This document shows positions 53,130-62,657 of a stretch of DNA of 64,000 bases, one piece after another; the stretch's first letter is position 1; each line of letters begins with the position of its first letter. The translations under genes and the position numbers were made by a program. This DNA is from Oligoflexales bacterium (GTDB taxonomy: Bacteria > Bdellovibrionota_B > Oligoflexia > Oligoflexales > Bog-1112): assembly GCA_045105515.1 (NCBI GenBank), contig JBGCDR010000034.1, forward strand, positions 1 through 64,000. Reading direction: 5' to 3'. The notes beneath the pieces were generated by a model, which saw only the letters and a list, made by a program, of their open reading frames with translations, did not search any database and was not told the DNA's origin.

Positions 53130-53606
53130 TTATTTATTTTCTTGTTCTTGAGCTGGAACTTTACTCTCAGCAGCCGGAGTAGTTGTGGTTCCCTTATCAC
53201 CAGCTGGCGCCTTTGATGCACCCTCTTGCGAGCCTGAAGCTTTATCCTCATCCTCACTACCCTCTGAATCTTGCTTGGCAGCTGGTGTTTCTTCAGTAGT
53301 TTTTGGCTCAGGATTTTGCTGTTGAGCTTTTTCTTCGTTGAGAGTTTTTAGCCTCTCACTCATACCTACATCACCACCTTTTCCCTGCATTATGGCTAGA
53401 GAAACGGAAGTGACCATAAAGATCATCGCTGCAGCGTAGGTTAATTTTCCTAAAAATGAAGTCGCCCCTGAAGCGCCAAACACTCCCTGAGAGTTACCAC
53501 CGCCAAAAGCTGCGCCAATTCCACCTTGGTTACCGCCTTGAACAAGAACTACCAAGATCATAAACAGAGCAACAATAACATGAACTATGGTTACCAATGT
53601 CTCCAT
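53130..53606 (-). CDS. secG: preprotein translocase SecG with long disordered C-tail
   Basis: HVIVALFMILVVLVQ, GAAFGGG...VFG, FLGKLT; true start METLV at 53606; followed by tRNA-Leu(GAG) as in E. coli secG-leuU. Confidence 0.95.
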   Translation of the reverse strand: METLVTIVHVIVALFMILVVLVQGGNQGGIGAAFGGGNSQGVFGASGATSFLGKLTYAAAMIFMVTSVSLAIMQGKGGDVGMSERLKTLNEEKAQQQNPEPKTTEETPAAKQDSEGSEDEDKASGSQEGASKAPAGDKGTTTTPAAESKVPAQEQENK

Positions 53607-53650
53607 ATGAACGACTTTCCTAACACCCGGAAGTGGATTAGATAAAAAGA

Positions 53651-53726
53651 TGGTGGCACCTCCCGGATTTGAACCGGGGACACGTGGATTTTCAGTCCAC
53701 TGCTCTACCAACTGAGCTAAAGCGCC
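53651..53726 (-). tRNA. tRNA-Phe(GAA)
   Basis: GGCGCTTTAGCTCAGTTGGTAGAGCA, anticodon arm GTGGA-CTGAAAA-TCCAC, GGTTCAAATCC, encoded CCA. Confidence 0.98.
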
Positions 53727-53745
53727 GTACCATGTAAGGGTTTTC

Positions 53746-53774
53746 TATTTACGACGAACCGGTATTTTCGTCAA
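53746..53774 (-). promoter_or_regulatory. sigma70 promoter of tRNA-Phe-secG-tRNA-Leu
   Basis: TTGACG-N17-TAAATA ending about 20 nt before tRNA-Phe. Confidence 0.5.
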
Positions 53775-53905
53775 TGATGATTATGCTTTTTTTCTAAAAA
53801 AAGATCTATAGATCATGGCACCTCTGAGTTCAAACTGGTATACATGATGCCAAGGCTTGTGCACATACAAGACCTAAGCATCTGATTTAATGGGAATGTA
53901 TTTAA

Positions 53906-54745
53906 ATGACGCCTCTTTCAAAACCAATCATTATCGCCGGCCCTTGTATGGCGGAGTCGCCTGAGATCATGGAAACAGTAGCGGCTTGCCTTAGCAAGTT
54001 GGCTACTCGTCTTGGTTTTAGCTATTTCTTCAAAGCAAGCTTTGATAAGGCCAATCGTTCGTCAATTCACAGTTATCGTGGCCCTGGAATTCAAAAATCG
54101 CTCCCATGGTTCGAAGCCATAAAAAACAAATATGGCTGCAAATTGATAACTGATATCCATGAACCTCAGCAGGCTAGAGACGCTGGAGAGGTTTTTGACG
54201 CGCTGCAGATTCCTGCCTTTCTTTGTCGGCAGACAGACTTACTCGTTGCTGCCGTGGAAACAGGTAGGATGGTTAATATCAAAAAAGGGCAGTTTATGTC
54301 GCCTGGATCGATGCACAATATCGCAGAGAAGGTTCGGCAAACCTGTGAAAAAAATAGTTTGGAACTTAATGCCAGCCTCACTGAACGCGGAACTTCTTTT
54401 GGCTATGGTGATCTATTAGTAGATATGCGCGCCTTTCCCATGATGAATGATTTTGGGCTACCGCTTATTTTTGATGTGACTCACAGTACTCAAATTCCTC
54501 CTACGGGCGATGCTCAGACTTCAGGGGCTAACCGTAAATTTGCTCCACTCCTGGCTCGAAGCGCTGCTGCAACCGGTTGCTTGAGCGGCTTTTTCATTGA
54601 GGTTCACCCTAGTCCTGCTGAAGCCAAAAGTGATGCAGCAGCTCAACTCAAGCTTGATCAGGCTGAGGCCCTTATTTCTCAGTTAGTTCCTATATGGAAA
54701 GAAGCTCAGAAGTGGCGAGAGCAGGATCAAATCTTCGAATCATAG
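53906..54745 (+). CDS. kdsA: KDO 8-phosphate synthase
   Basis: IAGPC, FKASFDKANRSS, QIPAFLCRQTDL, KKGQF, ERGTSFGY, FDVTHS. Confidence 0.97.
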   Translation: MTPLSKPIIIAGPCMAESPEIMETVAACLSKLATRLGFSYFFKASFDKANRSSIHSYRGPGIQKSLPWFEAIKNKYGCKLITDIHEPQQARDAGEVFDALQIPAFLCRQTDLLVAAVETGRMVNIKKGQFMSPGSMHNIAEKVRQTCEKNSLELNASLTERGTSFGYGDLLVDMRAFPMMNDFGLPLIFDVTHSTQIPPTGDAQTSGANRKFAPLLARSAAATGCLSGFFIEVHPSPAEAKSDAAAQLKLDQAEALISQLVPIWKEAQKWREQDQIFES

Positions 54746-54888
54746 ATTGGACCCAAAGACAGTCGCGATACTACAATAGTCAAACCAAAAGGGAGCTCAC
54801 GTTGCCATGCTAAGCTGTTAAACTTTGCGGTTAGCAATATCCTAAAAGATGCCTTAACCCTCACTTTGTTCGGAGGCATGCCACTCTC

Positions 54889-55635
54889 TTAGGAAGCCTT
54901 AGGACTGCTATCATTATGCACATCACTGTCCTGAGATTTACCCTTTTTCTTTTTAAGAAAATTCGTAAGTTTCTTAGCAATCAGCGGAAATAGGCCCAAA
55001 AGAACAAATGAAAATAATAAAGTTGGAGAGAGAATCCCTTTAAGCGAGGTAATCTCAGCAATCTGGGTTCCAGCATTTACATACACCACCGTTCCAGCAA
55101 ACATTCCGAGCTGACTTACGAAGAAAAATATCGCTGTTTTAATGGGAGTTAATCCCATTGCAAGATTGATAACGAAAAAAGGAAAAATTGGCACAAGCCG
55201 TAGAGTAAAAAGATAAAAAGCCCCTTCTTCCTCTACTCCCTTGTTAATCTTCTCTAACTTCTCGCCAAATTTTTCCTGAACCCAGTCCCTTAGTAAAAAA
55301 CGCGCGGTTAAGAATGCAAGAGTAGCTCCAATGGTGCTTGCAAAGGAAACCATGATTGTCCCCATCATTAGCCCAAATAAAGCTCCCCCAGCTAGAGTCA
55401 TCACAGCAGCTCCGGGAACGGATAAAGCTGTGATAGCTATATAAACACCCATGTAAGTTAAACTTGCAGTAAGAGTGTTTTCCGCAATATAAGCTTTTAA
55501 GCTCTCACGCTGCTCTTTGAGGTAATCCAGGGTCAAGAATTTGTCTAAATCGAAATAAAAAAAAGCGATCAATGCAACTGCAACAACTGCTACCAAGATG
55601 ACCTTAATCATCGGTGATGATTTTGGTTTACTCAT
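54889..55635 (-). CDS. TVP38/TMEM64 (DedA/YdjX-like) membrane protein
   Basis: PGAAVMTLAGGALFG, STIGATLAF, LRLVPIFPFFVIN. Confidence 0.92.
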   Translation of the reverse strand: MSKPKSSPMIKVILVAVVAVALIAFFYFDLDKFLTLDYLKEQRESLKAYIAENTLTASLTYMGVYIAITALSVPGAAVMTLAGGALFGLMMGTIMVSFASTIGATLAFLTARFLLRDWVQEKFGEKLEKINKGVEEEGAFYLFTLRLVPIFPFFVINLAMGLTPIKTAIFFFVSQLGMFAGTVVYVNAGTQIAEITSLKGILSPTLLFSFVLLGLFPLIAKKLTNFLKKKKGKSQDSDVHNDSSPKAS

Positions 55636-55739
55636 ATGTATTTCCTAAGCAAAGAATTATGAAAAAGGTATCCCTTTCATTTTAACTCAATTCTCTGCCA
55701 AGTGTGACCATACAGAATATCTGAAAGATTGGAGTAATA

Positions 55740-56921
55740 TTACAAAAACTGGACTGTTTTTTCAGGGGTGCTGTCGTCATCGAGCAACAATGCTGCAAGC
55801 CAAAGAAAGTCTACCCCACTGTACTGACGGGTACAGTCTTTACCAGGGGAATACTCTTGGGAATCCCTCTGCCACAGGTAGTCAGCGCTACGATGACAGT
55901 TTTGTGGCAAGCTATCTTTGGGAAACTGAGGCATAGACAAAAGCTCTTCAAGCATAGCCACCTGCACTCTTTTATCGTAGACTCCCCCCATCTTCAGTCG
56001 AAGCCACTTAAAGAATAAATTCTTATGGTCAACCTCAAATAATTGTTGTGCTAGCCACATTTGCCGTTGCTTGTACATATTATGAATAGTAAATGGACTC
56101 AAAACATTTGCGACTTCCCACATAAAACTTCTTGGCCCTCGCCATAGACCCTTTTCTTGATAAAGAGACTGGACCTCTAGCTCTAGCCATAGATGAAGAG
56201 CAAGGAGATGTGATGTGTAACCCCGTTTGGTAAATAAAGTATCAAACTCGAAGGTTGAAAAGCCTCGAGCAATGATTGGCGGGTGTTCCTCGATTTCGTA
56301 AAAGATCGACATTCTACGAAAAGTTTCTGCTAAGCCAGGGGTCAAAAAGCTAACATAGATTGGTCCATCACCAAAGTAGCCATCGTTGACTTCAACATAA
56401 TTAAAAAACTGTTTAATCGTTTGATCGCTATTGGGCGGTGATTGACTAAGTGCGACCATAAGTCCAAGGATCATGTCCCGTGATGTCCAATGGTCACAGT
56501 TTGGATGTCTCTGCCATTTCCCAAGATTTTGCGATTTATTGATGCTCTGCCAAGCATTCTCAGCACGTCTTTGATAGCCTAACTTTTTTAGTGAGACATA
56601 CCTGATAGATGAAAATAGAAGGCTATCGCACTCATCTCGGATTTTTCCATCAAGTAGTTCGCGATTAACAATCATTCCATCGAGGGTATGAGCTCTTGCT
56701 ATTTCACCCTCATAAAATAAGACCCGTTTATGGAGCTCTTGTTCAAGCTGTTGATAACGAAGCTCATCATAGCTCATAGCGTTAGCTACCAAATCCTTAA
56801 GTAGGGCATTTGTATGGGATAGATTGCGAGAGTTTTGAATGACTTGAGTGATGATTATGACACCCAGCAAACCTAAAAATACTGGAACAAATCCTCGTAG
56901 AATGTAGATAAAAAGACCCAA
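55740..56921 (-). CDS. hypothetical membrane-anchored protein
   Basis: 393-aa ORF with N-terminal TM; motifs CDSLLF, WQRHP, SRDMILG, DYLWQRD, GVDFLW. Confidence 0.7.
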   Translation of the reverse strand: MGLFIYILRGFVPVFLGLLGVIIITQVIQNSRNLSHTNALLKDLVANAMSYDELRYQQLEQELHKRVLFYEGEIARAHTLDGMIVNRELLDGKIRDECDSLLFSSIRYVSLKKLGYQRRAENAWQSINKSQNLGKWQRHPNCDHWTSRDMILGLMVALSQSPPNSDQTIKQFFNYVEVNDGYFGDGPIYVSFLTPGLAETFRRMSIFYEIEEHPPIIARGFSTFEFDTLFTKRGYTSHLLALHLWLELEVQSLYQEKGLWRGPRSFMWEVANVLSPFTIHNMYKQRQMWLAQQLFEVDHKNLFFKWLRLKMGGVYDKRVQVAMLEELLSMPQFPKDSLPQNCHRSADYLWQRDSQEYSPGKDCTRQYSGVDFLWLAALLLDDDSTPEKTVQFL

Positions 56922-56951
56922 GGTAAGCTCCTCCTTTATCCTACATGGTAT

Positions 56952-56978
56952 GTATCGGAAATTGGGGGAATTTATTGA
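56952..56978 (-). promoter_or_regulatory. sigma28-like promoter
   Basis: TCAA-N15-TCCGATAC. Confidence 0.5.
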
Positions 56979-57216
56979 TATTTTAAAAATATTTTTACTT
57001 AATTTCTAAAATGATTGGATTTTATCAGTCTTATTGAGATTATAAAATGCACAGAATTCAATCTCTCAAGTAAGATTTCTCAGAAAAGTTGGGAAAATTC
57101 CTATTCTGTCTCGATGTTTCCTTCAAGGAATATTTCAGTGCAATTACTTGAAGAACGTACTATAACCAAGCTCGAGGAAACGAGCATTGGTACAAAAAAA
57201 GCCGAAAAAGGGGACA

Positions 57217-58299
57217 ATGCCTATGAAATTTCCACATGGCAGTACTATCTGCACCATAGCTTTGGCCTTATGTTTGATCTTATCTCTCGATATTGCGCAT
57301 GCAGGTTTCTGGTGCAGTTCTACTGGCTCTGCTGATAAAAAAGAAATACTCGACCCAGATTGCAAATCCCAAGAACAAAATAGCCTAAATGAAGCCATAG
57401 ATGAGGCAGAGAATTACTTAAGCTTTGCAAAAGAAGATGTGCATTGGGATGAACAAGCTCTTTCTTTGCTTGCAAGGTTCTTAAAAGATTATCGCATTCA
57501 AGAAAGCATCTGGCTTTTAAATCGTTATGGGCAAACTCAACTTGGTGACAAGTTAGAAGCTAGTTTAAAACATCTTTTACTCTGTGCTCCAATAAGTAGT
57601 AAAGAACCCCAGGGAGGAGGAGCTACCAAAACTTGGCTGCTAAGCTTCAATCATGTCGATTCACCAGATCTACAAATAAGAGCCATTTACAAACCTCAAC
57701 AAGCAAACCTGTCTTCTCATGTTGGTTCTGAAGTTGCTACATACTTGGTCGACAGATTATTACAAACGGATATCGTTCCATTGACGATTTCTAGGAAAGT
57801 GGATCAAAAAAAACTTGGCTCACTCCAATACTTTATTAAGGATGCAAAAAAAATATCGGACCCACACTTGCCTGATATGAATAAGCATAAATCTGCTCAA
57901 ATGTATTTGCTCGATTATTTAACAAAAAATATCGATCGAGGAGACTTCTACTCGCGAAGGAAAATAAAATTTGAATATAACTACCTCTACCTTCCTAGCT
58001 TAGATCAACCAATCGCAATAGATAATAGTTGGGCACTACGTGGCAATTTTCTTCCAGCAAAGCTCAAAAGGTATTGGGTCGACAAGCGTCATAGCTATGA
58101 AAAGAGCTATGTTTTTCCCCAAGACCAAGTTCCAGCAGCTGCTTTTTACACGCGGGTAAAAAACCTGAATGCTCAAATCCTCTACCAAACCTTGGACGGC
58201 ATAATTGCTAAAGCAGCCATCAATAAGATATTGAAACGAAGAAGAAAGGTCCTAAGAGCTTTTGAAGCAGCTGCTCACCCGTCATTGCCAGGCGGCTGA
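57217..58299 (+). CDS. secreted atypical kinase (PI4K-II/actin-fragmin kinase/Fam20-like fold)
   Basis: signal peptide ending IAHA; GGGAT, AIYKP, SEVATYLVDRLL, VPLT, GSLQYF, DYLTKNIDR, AIDN. Confidence 0.75.
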   Translation: MPMKFPHGSTICTIALALCLILSLDIAHAGFWCSSTGSADKKEILDPDCKSQEQNSLNEAIDEAENYLSFAKEDVHWDEQALSLLARFLKDYRIQESIWLLNRYGQTQLGDKLEASLKHLLLCAPISSKEPQGGGATKTWLLSFNHVDSPDLQIRAIYKPQQANLSSHVGSEVATYLVDRLLQTDIVPLTISRKVDQKKLGSLQYFIKDAKKISDPHLPDMNKHKSAQMYLLDYLTKNIDRGDFYSRRKIKFEYNYLYLPSLDQPIAIDNSWALRGNFLPAKLKRYWVDKRHSYEKSYVFPQDQVPAAAFYTRVKNLNAQILYQTLDGIIAKAAINKILKRRRKVLRAFEAAAHPSLPGG

Positions 58300-58337
58300 A
58301 GTTTTAGGAAAGCGGGGTGACCAACCGTGACAAATAC

Positions 58338-58369
58338 AAAAACCCTCCTTTGCTAAAACTAAGGAGGGT
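58338..58369 (-). terminator. intrinsic terminator of rpmI-rplT
   Basis: ACCCUCCUU-loop-AAGGAGGGU followed by a U run on the minus strand. Confidence 0.7.
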
Positions 58370-58394
58370 AAGGTGGGGACAAAAATAAGAGTTG

Positions 58395-58754
58395 CTACTT
58401 CGCGAGCGCTACTTTAGCTTTCGATACCAATGCAGTGAAACCTGCCTGATCGTTGATTGCCATGTCAGCTAAAACACTGCGGTCAAGCTCAATGCCAGAC
58501 TTCTTCAGTCCATTCATGAACTCAGAATATTTTAGGCCAGCTGCTCTAGTTGCAGCGTTAATTCTGATAATCCATAGTCTGCGGAACTCACGCTTTTTAA
58601 CACGACGATCGCGGTATGCAAATGCAAGCGCTCTCTTGACTACGTGAATAGCCGTTTTAAAACGGTTGTTACGAGACCCTCTAAAACCTTTCGCAAGGTC
58701 TAAAACTCTTTTCCTTCTACGTCGCGCTTTAAAGCCGCGTTTAACTCGAGACAT
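58395..58754 (-). CDS. rplT: 50S ribosomal protein L20
   Basis: [25 protein letters not shown]. Confidence 0.99.
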   Translation of the reverse strand: MSRVKRGFKARRRRKRVLDLAKGFRGSRNNRFKTAIHVVKRALAFAYRDRRVKKREFRRLWIIRINAATRAAGLKYSEFMNGLKKSGIELDRSVLADMAINDQAGFTALVSKAKVALAK

Positions 58755-58811
58755 TTTACGGTATCCTATTGATCCAATTAATGAATTTTTCTAGTAATCA
58801 GAGATCACACC

Positions 58812-59009
58812 TTAGCCATTTGGCAGGCAACGCATGACTAATCCTTTGTCAGCGTCTTTCACATAGCTACCTTTTTTAAGCCTGTTCTTTCTGTTCTTTG
58901 GCTTCTTAGTAGAAATGTGCTCGTGGTTAGAGCGATCGTGCTTGATTTTTCCAGAAGGCTTAACTCTAAAGCGTTTAGCAGCAGCCTTTTTAGTCTTTAA
59001 TTTAGGCAT
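58812..59009 (-). CDS. rpmI: 50S ribosomal protein L35
   Basis: MPKLKTKKAAAKRF; start set to ATG 59009. Confidence 0.97.
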   Translation of the reverse strand: MPKLKTKKAAAKRFRVKPSGKIKHDRSNHEHISTKKPKNRKNRLKKGSYVKDADKGLVMRCLPNG

Positions 59010-59330
59010 CTTACTTTCCTCGGTTTCATTCAAACCGTTAGCTTCCAACATTCCCACAAATAACGGGGGCCCCTTTGTCTATCACTTCTAATTCTGCTGC
59101 GCAAGTGCAAAGGACAAAAATATCCAAAAGCGATTGAGAATGCAAGAACAGGTAGCAAGGTCTTTAGAATCCTTGCTCCCAATTCAAAAATAAAAGTATG
59201 GAATTTAGGAGATGAACCTCAAAACCCCATTGGTCTTGGCTTTTCCCGTAACCCCCAAAGCCTTTCGCAGAAAGGTTGTACGGGGATCTCCTTATAGAGC
59301 ATAGGAAATCAGCGAAAAAGCTGAAACACA

Positions 59331-60134
59331 TTATTGCGGAGAAACAATTGCAATGCGCGCATTTGCTAAGATAGCCGCGCTATCCTGAATCGCCTCTTTC
59401 CATGAAAACCCCTGCACCTCAAACACCCCGGGGCCTTTTGGAGTCATAGGCAAAGAAACAGGCTTCGGCCCAACTGCACCCGTAAGCTCATCCCGGCTAG
59501 GCTTCACAAACCACTTTCCCATCAGATACTTTTCGTAAGCCTCCTTCGAAACGTCAGTCACTTGAAATAATACCCGTCCTGTTTCATCAACAAGCTTATA
59601 ATTTGAAATAGGTTTCAAAGGTTTAGTTGAACGAATGACTAAACCACTGAATCGACTCCCTGATAAGGAGGGGGCTTTTTCTTGTTTAAAACTTATATCT
59701 TGGCGTTTTAAAGCTCTAGCGAGGCTATTTTCCAGGTAAACCACAACGGAACCATCCTCAAAATACTTATTACGATAAGAGTAAGTAGAGCTGGCTATAC
59801 GATCTCCTGCTGCCTTGCCACTCTGTTCAGCAAGAGTTTGATCCACATTCAAAGCCAAGAGCTGTTCTTTATGATAAACAGCGACCGCATCGCGTATGGC
59901 CAACAATCCTTCATTCCAAGCTTTTTTCTCTACTTCAGAATAAGGTTGATTACCAGTCTCCGGTTTTCCTTTGCCAAAAAACCTAATTCTCAAACTTCCC
60001 CAATCAATTTCGAACCTTTCAGTCTTTTCCGTGAACGGCTTTGCATATACACTATAAGAGAATGGAAGGACTGCGAGTAAGATACTTGTGAGCTTTAAGA
60101 CCATTAATGTGTTTGTTGCTGATGTTTTTTTCAT
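59331..60134 (-). CDS. exported hypothetical protein
   Basis: signal peptide from ATG 60134 (ORF track start 60191); IDW...GKG, SGLVI, LVDETGRVL. Confidence 0.65.
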   Translation of the reverse strand: MKKTSATNTLMVLKLTSILLAVLPFSYSVYAKPFTEKTERFEIDWGSLRIRFFGKGKPETGNQPYSEVEKKAWNEGLLAIRDAVAVYHKEQLLALNVDQTLAEQSGKAAGDRIASSTYSYRNKYFEDGSVVVYLENSLARALKRQDISFKQEKAPSLSGSRFSGLVIRSTKPLKPISNYKLVDETGRVLFQVTDVSKEAYEKYLMGKWFVKPSRDELTGAVGPKPVSLPMTPKGPGVFEVQGFSWKEAIQDSAAILANARIAIVSPQ

Positions 60135-60258
60135 AATATTAGCCAAACCCTTAAGTATGTTTACGAGAGCCCGAAGAAACCTAATCTCCATTTTAAAGAT
60201 TATGGATAAAAAACGGAAGATCCTTTAGATACTGTCATCATAAACCAAAGGTAGACTC

Positions 60259-61842
60259 ATGGAACAATACCAAACTGCAATACTATTAGGCCTCGCTTCA
60301 GTGGCGGTAGGATTTCTATTTTTCCTGCTAGTTTTAAAGCTCCTACCCTACTTGGAACGGCGCGAAAACCTTGCCCAAAGAGAAGAAGTTATCAAAGAAG
60401 CCAAACGCCAACAGGCTGCTATCATTGAAGATGCAAAACAACAAGCCATCGAAAATGAAAAGCTGATGTTCGAGGACCTCGATGCCTCTATCGCCCAACA
60501 AAAAGAAGACCTGATCACTGAGGAGGAAGCCCTTGGAGCGCAGGAGTCTTATTACGAACAAGAGCAAAAGCGCATTGTAAAAATTGAGAACACGATCAAT
60601 GAAAAGGCTAAGCACCTCAATTCTGTGGAAGGCCAGGCAGAGGAAGCAAAAAAAGAAGTGCAAGCCAGCAAGCAGCTGCTTATCCAAGCCCTGGAGAAAG
60701 TAGCTGATCTGAATGCCAAAAATACCACTGATAGTATTGCCAACCAATACCGAGAAAACCGGCAACTAGAGTGCCAAAAAGTCCTTAAATCACTGCAAGA
60801 AGAGTTAAACTCCTCATCTCGCAAAAGAGCCCAAAGAGTCCTGGACCGGGTACATGCACGCTATGCTCCTAATTTTGTTTGGCCCAAAGCAGTGAACGTT
60901 GTGGAGGTGCCCAATGAAAAATCCATGTCCTATGTCAATCAAGATTCATGCAAACTGCTGGATGACTTGGCTGAACTTTCCGGCACCACTATCAAGCTTA
61001 TCGGCGGAGGCAATGAAGATCAGAAGTCCCAGGGAATTTTAAAAGTTGCTGGCGGATATGGCATCTACAAAGAAGCTGCTCGCTTAGCTTTAGCCGAATT
61101 GATCAACCAGCCACCAAACCAGTGGAATAGAGCTCAAGGGCTCTATAACAAACACCGCGCTAGACTTGAAGGGGAGGCTGTTATCCTCGGAAAAAAAGCG
61201 GTGCGCCAGCTACAGCTAGATGGCATTCATCCAGAAGTTCAAAAACTCATTGGCGCCTTAAACTGGCGTACCAGTTACCGGCAAAACCAGTGGCATCATA
61301 CAGTTGAAGTTGCGGTATTTGCTGGCATCATAGCAAACGAACTGGGTGTTGACCCTGAGCTGGGCAAGCGTGTTGGCTTGCTTCACGACATTGGCAAAGC
61401 TATCGACTATCGTATTGAAGGCAGCCATGCGGTTATCAGTGGTGATTATGCCGATCGTTACGGCGAGACCCGTTTGATCTGCGATACTGTTATGTCGCAC
61501 CATGCAGACCTATTGGTTGAATCCGCTCTAGCTTATGTTCTGCGCGCAGCTGACACCCTATCTGGCGCGCGCCCTGGTGCCCGTGTTAATCTAGAAGAAG
61601 GATACCAAATCCGGCTTGATGCCATCGCTGAAGCGGTAAAAAGCTTTGGTGGCATCTCAGACATGGCAATTATGAATGGAGGCCGAGAGGTACATGTCCA
61701 GGTGAACCACAAAGCAGTTTCGGAAAACGAAGTACAGGCCCTCACAGAGTCGATTGCAAGAAAAATAGAAGAAGATGTGGCTTATCCAGGTCAAATCAAA
61801 GTACTTGTAAGCCGCAGCTTTGAATCCATATCGGTGGCTTAA
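60259..61842 (+). CDS. rny: ribonuclease Y homolog with degenerate KH domain
   Basis: N-terminal TM, coiled coil, RTSYRQN, HTVEVA, GLLHDIGKA, SHH, AADTLSGARPGAR, GREV. Confidence 0.85.
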   Translation: MEQYQTAILLGLASVAVGFLFFLLVLKLLPYLERRENLAQREEVIKEAKRQQAAIIEDAKQQAIENEKLMFEDLDASIAQQKEDLITEEEALGAQESYYEQEQKRIVKIENTINEKAKHLNSVEGQAEEAKKEVQASKQLLIQALEKVADLNAKNTTDSIANQYRENRQLECQKVLKSLQEELNSSSRKRAQRVLDRVHARYAPNFVWPKAVNVVEVPNEKSMSYVNQDSCKLLDDLAELSGTTIKLIGGGNEDQKSQGILKVAGGYGIYKEAARLALAELINQPPNQWNRAQGLYNKHRARLEGEAVILGKKAVRQLQLDGIHPEVQKLIGALNWRTSYRQNQWHHTVEVAVFAGIIANELGVDPELGKRVGLLHDIGKAIDYRIEGSHAVISGDYADRYGETRLICDTVMSHHADLLVESALAYVLRAADTLSGARPGARVNLEEGYQIRLDAIAEAVKSFGGISDMAIMNGGREVHVQVNHKAVSENEVQALTESIARKIEEDVAYPGQIKVLVSRSFESISVA

Positions 61843-62570
61843 TGAACTTAGACCGGCAAGAACTAGCGCAGATTACTCAAAAGTCGCGAGCGTTTTTGCG
61901 GCAACAAAAATACCAAGCAGCAGAAAACCTCCTAAAAAGCAGCCTCAGCAGATACAAAAACCCACCTCACCTTCATAACCTACTGGGGCTCGTTTACCAC
62001 AAGCAGTCGAAATTTCCGGAAGCTCTGAAACAATTCCGCAAAGCTCACCTAGGAAACCCTGAGTATCTCGAAGCGATCCTCAACCTAAGCATCACCCTCT
62101 GTGACTTGGGCTGCTATGACGAAGCTAGAGAAGTTTACAAGCAGCTACGTAAGCATCCAGCAACTGCCGAAGCTAAAGAAAACCCTGCTCTCAACGGACG
62201 CTTAGCGAACACTCACGTCCAGGTCGCTGAAGCTTACCTGCAGATAGGAAAACTAAACGAAGCAGTACACGAGTTTCGCAAGGCACTTAAAATTTACCAA
62301 TTTATGCCGGACGTTCAGCTGCAGTTAGCTAAGTGCCTGATGAAACTAGCTCAAGATGATCTGGCAAAAAAGGAGCTGGTGGACTTGGAAAGGAATTTTC
62401 CTAGCTATGCTCCTGCTAAAATCTACCTAGGTCTTTTGCTCTATAAACAAGGCCAAAATCATCTCGCCAAAAACGCGTGGGAGCGTGCCCATAGCAATAG
62501 CCCCGAAGACCCCACCGCCAGAGCTTATATGAAGCTAGCCAAAGACTGGCCTAGCGACCCACCACTTTGA
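61842..62570 (+). CDS. tetratricopeptide repeat protein
   Basis: HNLLGLVYHKQSKFPEAL, NPEYLEAILNL, further TPRs; TAATG overlap with rny. Confidence 0.85.
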   Translation: MNLDRQELAQITQKSRAFLRQQKYQAAENLLKSSLSRYKNPPHLHNLLGLVYHKQSKFPEALKQFRKAHLGNPEYLEAILNLSITLCDLGCYDEAREVYKQLRKHPATAEAKENPALNGRLANTHVQVAEAYLQIGKLNEAVHEFRKALKIYQFMPDVQLQLAKCLMKLAQDDLAKKELVDLERNFPSYAPAKIYLGLLLYKQGQNHLAKNAWERAHSNSPEDPTARAYMKLAKDWPSDPPL

Positions 62571-62657
62571 ACATAAACCAAGACACAACTGTTATGGCGA
62601 CCCACCTTTCGTTGCTTTAGCGAAGGAAGGGAGTGGAGCCATCTCCGTCAAGCAAAC

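Noticed and set aside
53607..53711. N-terminal extension of the secG ORF (MVEQWTENPRVPGSNPGGAT...)
   Set aside because: Mostly the translation of tRNA-Phe; real start is ATG 53606
57015..57398. ORFs 57015-57335(+) and 57144-57398(-)
   Set aside because: Overlap the kinase gene start and AT-rich spacer; no protein features
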